Origin: Candidatus Firestoneibacteriota bacterium
GTDB lineage: Bacteria > Oederibacteriota > D2-FULL-39-29
Direction of reading: 5' to 3'
DNA: 64,000 bases
Assembly (NCBI GenBank): GCA_903891415.1
Contig: CAITEH010000085.1
Location: 24,560-88,559 of the forward strand
Below, one piece after another: positions 60,693 to 64,000 of this stretch (positions are counted from its first letter, which is position 1; every line of letters begins with the position of its first letter). The notes beneath the pieces are model-generated. The model ran no database searches. It saw only the letters and a program-made list of their open reading frames with translations, and was not told the DNA's origin. The position numbers were made by a program, and so were the translations under genes.

Positions 60693-61799
60693 ATGGCAAA
60701 GGTAATATTAGAAAAGATAGAAAAAAGGTTTCCGGGCAATCCGAAACCTGCAGTTGCGGAAATGACGCTGGAGATAAAGGACAAAGAGTTCGTGGTCCTT
60801 GTCGGCCCGTCGGGTTGCGGTAAGTCCACGACCTTAAGAATGGTGGCAGGGTTGGAAGAGATATCTGCCGGAAAAGTTATAATAGACGAAAGAGTTGTTA
60901 ATGATATCCCGCCGAAAGACAGAGACGTAGCGATGGTTTTCCAGAATTATGCTCTCTACCCGCACATGACGGTCTATGATAATATGGCTTTTGGTTTAAA
61001 GATCAGAAAATTCCCAAAAGATGAGATAGAGCGCAGGGTCAAAGAGGCCTCTGAAATACTCGGTATTCAGGAACTGCTTGAAAGGCGGCCAAAACAGCTT
61101 TCAGGCGGACAGAGACAGCGTGTCGCGCTCGGCAGGGCCATAGTCAGAAAACCTAAAGTATTTCTCTTCGATGAACCTCTTTCCAATCTTGATGCCAAGC
61201 TCAGGGGCCAGATGAGGACTGAGATCATTAAACTTCATAACCGGCTCCAGGCAACCATGATATATGTTACGCATGATCAGGTGGAAGCTATGACCATGGG
61301 GGACCGGATAGTGGTTATGAAAGACGGTTATGTGCAGCAGGTCGGTATGCCCGTGGATATTTATGACCAGCCGGTAAACAAGTTTGTAGCGGGTTTCATA
61401 GGGACGCCTCCCATGAACTTGATCAATGGCAGGATAGAGAAAAAGGATGGCGGGCTTTTCTTCAATGAAGGGAGTTTCAGCGTCAAGCTTGACAAGCGCA
61501 TGGTGGAAAAGATGGAAAGCCACGCGGATAAAGAAGTCATACTCGGTATCCGTCCTGAATATATTGAAGATAAAAAAACTACGGTCTTCACTGATCCCGA
61601 TTGGAAAGTCGCGGCGACGGTCGATGTTATTGAATCTATCGGCTCTTCGGCTTATGTTTACCTGACGACAGGCCAGTCATCTTTTGTCGCGGCACTGGAT
61701 TCCCACAAGCAAATGAAGGTCTCTGAAAAAGAGGACGTAGTGTTTAATATGGAAAAAGTCCACTTCTTTGATGTTCAGACCGATATGACCATCGTTTAG
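60693..61799 (+). CDS. Sugar ABC transporter ATPase (MsmX/MalK/UgpC family)
   Basis: [50 protein letters not shown]-terminus. Confidence 0.95.
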   Translation: MAKVILEKIEKRFPGNPKPAVAEMTLEIKDKEFVVLVGPSGCGKSTTLRMVAGLEEISAGKVIIDERVVNDIPPKDRDVAMVFQNYALYPHMTVYDNMAFGLKIRKFPKDEIERRVKEASEILGIQELLERRPKQLSGGQRQRVALGRAIVRKPKVFLFDEPLSNLDAKLRGQMRTEIIKLHNRLQATMIYVTHDQVEAMTMGDRIVVMKDGYVQQVGMPVDIYDQPVNKFVAGFIGTPPMNLINGRIEKKDGGLFFNEGSFSVKLDKRMVEKMESHADKEVILGIRPEYIEDKKTTVFTDPDWKVAATVDVIESIGSSAYVYLTTGQSSFVAALDSHKQMKVSEKEDVVFNMEKVHFFDVQTDMTIV

Positions 61800-61810
61800 G
61801 GACCGTAAAA

Positions 61811-62785
61811 ATGCCCCCAAAAAAATATTATGCTATTGGCGTGGATCTCGGCGGGACAAAAATTTCCGCCGGGATCGTCAGTTCTTCGGGTAAGGTTATT
61901 TTACGGGAAAAAATTCCGACCATGGTTGCGCTGGGCGGAAAAACTGTCCTTAACCGCCTGGCTTTAGCTATCAGCCTGCTTTTTAAAAAAGCCCCCCCCG
62001 CGGTTAGAAAGGAAATTAGAGGGATCGGTATCGGTATTCCCGGTATGGTCGAACATGAAAAAGGCATAGTGCATGAACCCCCCAATATTCCCGCTTTGAA
62101 CGGCGTGAATGTCAAAAAATTTATTCAGAGGCGTTTTAAAAAACCCGCTTTCATTGCCAATGACGCGAACGCGCATGCTTTGGGCGAGCATACATTTGGC
62201 GCCGGAAAAGGCACCCAAAATATGGTTTGCATAACTCTGGGCACGGGATTGGGCGGCGGGATTATACTTAACGGCAAGCTCTACACGGGTTCTTTTGAGA
62301 ATGCCGGTGAATTAGGGCATATCGTAATAAGAAAAGAAGGTATTCCCTGTAATTGCGGCAATACAGGGTGTGTTGAGGCCTATGTCGGTGCTAATTTTAT
62401 TGCCGAAAGAGCAAGAAAAGCTATAAAAGCAGGGACAAAAAGTTCAGTTGTAAAACTTGTAAATGGTGACCTGTCAAAGATAACCCCGCACTTACTGGCA
62501 AAAGCCGCGAGGCAAGGTGATAGGTACGCCCGGCAGCTCTGGGCGGAAGTTGGAGAAGAGATCGGAACGGCCATAGTAAGCATTGCTAACATTTTAGGCC
62601 CTGAAAAAGTGATAGTGAGCGGTGGTGTTTCCCGTGCCGGGGATATTCTTTTTAAGCCGATGATAAAAGAGTTTAAAAAAAGGTCGTTCAAATATTTAAG
62701 AACGAGGATAAAGATCGTTCCCGGTAAGCTCCTGGATGACGCGGGGATACTGGGTTCCAGCTCGCTTGTTTTTAAACAGAGTTAA
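61811..62785 (+). CDS. ROK-family sugar kinase (glucokinase-like)
   Basis: DLGGT, NDAN, LGTGLGGG, GELGH..CNCG..GCVE. Confidence 0.9.
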   Translation: MPPKKYYAIGVDLGGTKISAGIVSSSGKVILREKIPTMVALGGKTVLNRLALAISLLFKKAPPAVRKEIRGIGIGIPGMVEHEKGIVHEPPNIPALNGVNVKKFIQRRFKKPAFIANDANAHALGEHTFGAGKGTQNMVCITLGTGLGGGIILNGKLYTGSFENAGELGHIVIRKEGIPCNCGNTGCVEAYVGANFIAERARKAIKAGTKSSVVKLVNGDLSKITPHLLAKAARQGDRYARQLWAEVGEEIGTAIVSIANILGPEKVIVSGGVSRAGDILFKPMIKEFKKRSFKYLRTRIKIVPGKLLDDAGILGSSSLVFKQS

Positions 62786-62807
62786 TTCTTTTAACCGGGA
62801 AGCGAAA

Positions 62808-64000
62808 ATGAAAAAAATTAATATAACCGCCCTGATATTCGGGGCGGTTTTCTTTTTTCTTAACCCTTTTCGGTTAGCGGCGGAAGAGCCTGTAAAAGCG
62901 AAAGCCCCGGTTACAGAAGAACGCCTGGCCGCTCAAAAAGAAGAAAGCACGGGAGAGGTCAAGCCCGTTGATTGTTTCGCCGACCATCTTGAATATGATG
63001 AGGTGAACGGAGCTCTCTACGGTAAGGGCAACGTCAAGGTTATTTATAAAGGCACCGAAATAAAAGCCGACGAAGTAAGGTTCAATGTAAAATCGTCGGA
63101 ACTTGAAGCAAACGGCAATATAACTGTTACCGAAAACGACATGGTAATAAAAGGCGAATTTGTTAAATTTAATATGAAAGGCAAGGTGGGGCGGATAGAA
63201 AAGATAGACCTTTCAAAGGGGCCCTGGTATTTTAAAGGCTCTGCCGTGGAAAAACCTGATGAGAAAAACGCGACCTTGATAGAGGGTTACGCCACTACCT
63301 GTCAAAATAGAGAGCACCCGCATTACCGGCTGGTTTCCCAGAGGATACATATAGAACTTGATAATATAATAGAGAGCTGGAGTGTATTGCTGTATGTCGG
63401 AGATATTCCGGTATTTTACTTTCCGTATATATGGAAATCCCTTAAAACTTCGGCTAAAAGCCCTCTGGATATAAAACCGGGTTATTCAAGCAGCGAGGGA
63501 CTTTATCTTAAACTTGCCTATAATTACGAACTCTCTGAATATTTTACCGGGGCTCTACAATTGGATCTTATGCAAAAGAAGGGTTCCGGCTACGGCCTGC
63601 AGCAAAACTACAGATTTGCCGATGGCCTGAACGGCGGATATCTTTATGCCTATTACGTGCTTGAACAGGATACCCTGCATGAAAGGTTCAGAGTTGACTT
63701 TGACCACTCCAGCCGCTTCAACAATAATCTAAGCGTGGTTGCCCGGCTTAATTACCTGAGTGATGAAGCCCTGACCCGGGATTTTTATTCCTATGATTAT
63801 CCGGTGGTATCGCGGGACATCAGGTCCTATTTCGCGACCACTTATTATGACAGTTTGTTTTCTGTTATGCTGGCCGTGGACAGGCAGGATCATTATGACC
63901 CTTTTGACAGATTATATAGATTGTCCGCGTTCACTCTTCCCAATCTAAGGTTCAATACGACTTCGCTCAGGATCGGGGAAACCACTGCCTACTGGTCTTT
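62808..64000 (+). CDS. lptD: LPS-assembly protein LptD (partial, runs off the window)
   Basis: Not in the ORF track. Manual translation of the first part: signal peptide MKKINITALIFG.., ADHLEYD..GKGNV..IKADEV, YATTC..PHYRL, DIPVFYFPY; remainder not fully checked for stops. Confidence 0.8.
   Translation, partial: MKKINITALIFGAVFFFLNPFRLAAEEPVKAKAPVTEERLAAQKEESTGEVKPVDCFADHLEYDEVNGALYGKGNVKVIYKGTEIKADEVRFNVKSSELEANGNITVTENDMVIKGEFVKFNMKGKVGRIEKIDLSKGPWYFKGSAVEKPDEKNATLIEGYATTCQNREHPHYRLVSQRIHIELDNIIESWSVLLYVGDIPVFYFPYIWKSLKTSAKSPLDIKPGYSSSEGLYLKLAYNYELSEYFTGALQLDLMQKKGSGYGLQQNYRFADGLNGGYLYAYYVLEQDTLHERFRVDFDHSSRFNNNLSVVARLNYLSDEALTRDFYSYDYPVVSRDIRSYFATTYYDSLFSVMLAVDRQDHYDPFDRLYRLSAFTLPNLRFNTTSLRIGETTAYWS

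Overview
A 64-kb stretch of mostly housekeeping genes from a diderm, LPS-producing, probably anaerobic bacterium. The PorV/UPF0164 barrel and divergent FtsK suggest an Elusimicrobia/Firestonebacteria-like lineage (inference only). About 56 CDS are present, all on the + strand except PBP1A: lepA, rplM-rpsI, miaB, kdsB-pyrG-kdsA-kdsD-lptCAB, def-fmt, iscU-mnmA-nadA-cysE, rsmA, rpsU-dnaG-rpoD, carB-pyrK-pyrD, aspA-hydF, gatB, ftsK-lolA and a partial lptD. There are two tRNA genes. No CRISPR array, transposase, integrase or prophage is visible. The unexplained structure is intergenic. (1) A family of gene-less elements made of inverted arrays of degenerate 7-mers (GGTNYTR ... YARNACC), with 9-mer and 10-mer analogues, always placed between a stop codon and the next start in the same polarity. 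(2) A 37-43 bp TCYGCC...GAGATCTC...GGCGGA palindrome that has inserted cleanly into those arrays twice. (3) A GTAG-type REP doublet. (4) Related trailer sequences after both tRNAs. Also noted: several apparently leaderless promoters, an overlapping aspA-hydF pair, and a frameshifted M28 peptidase.
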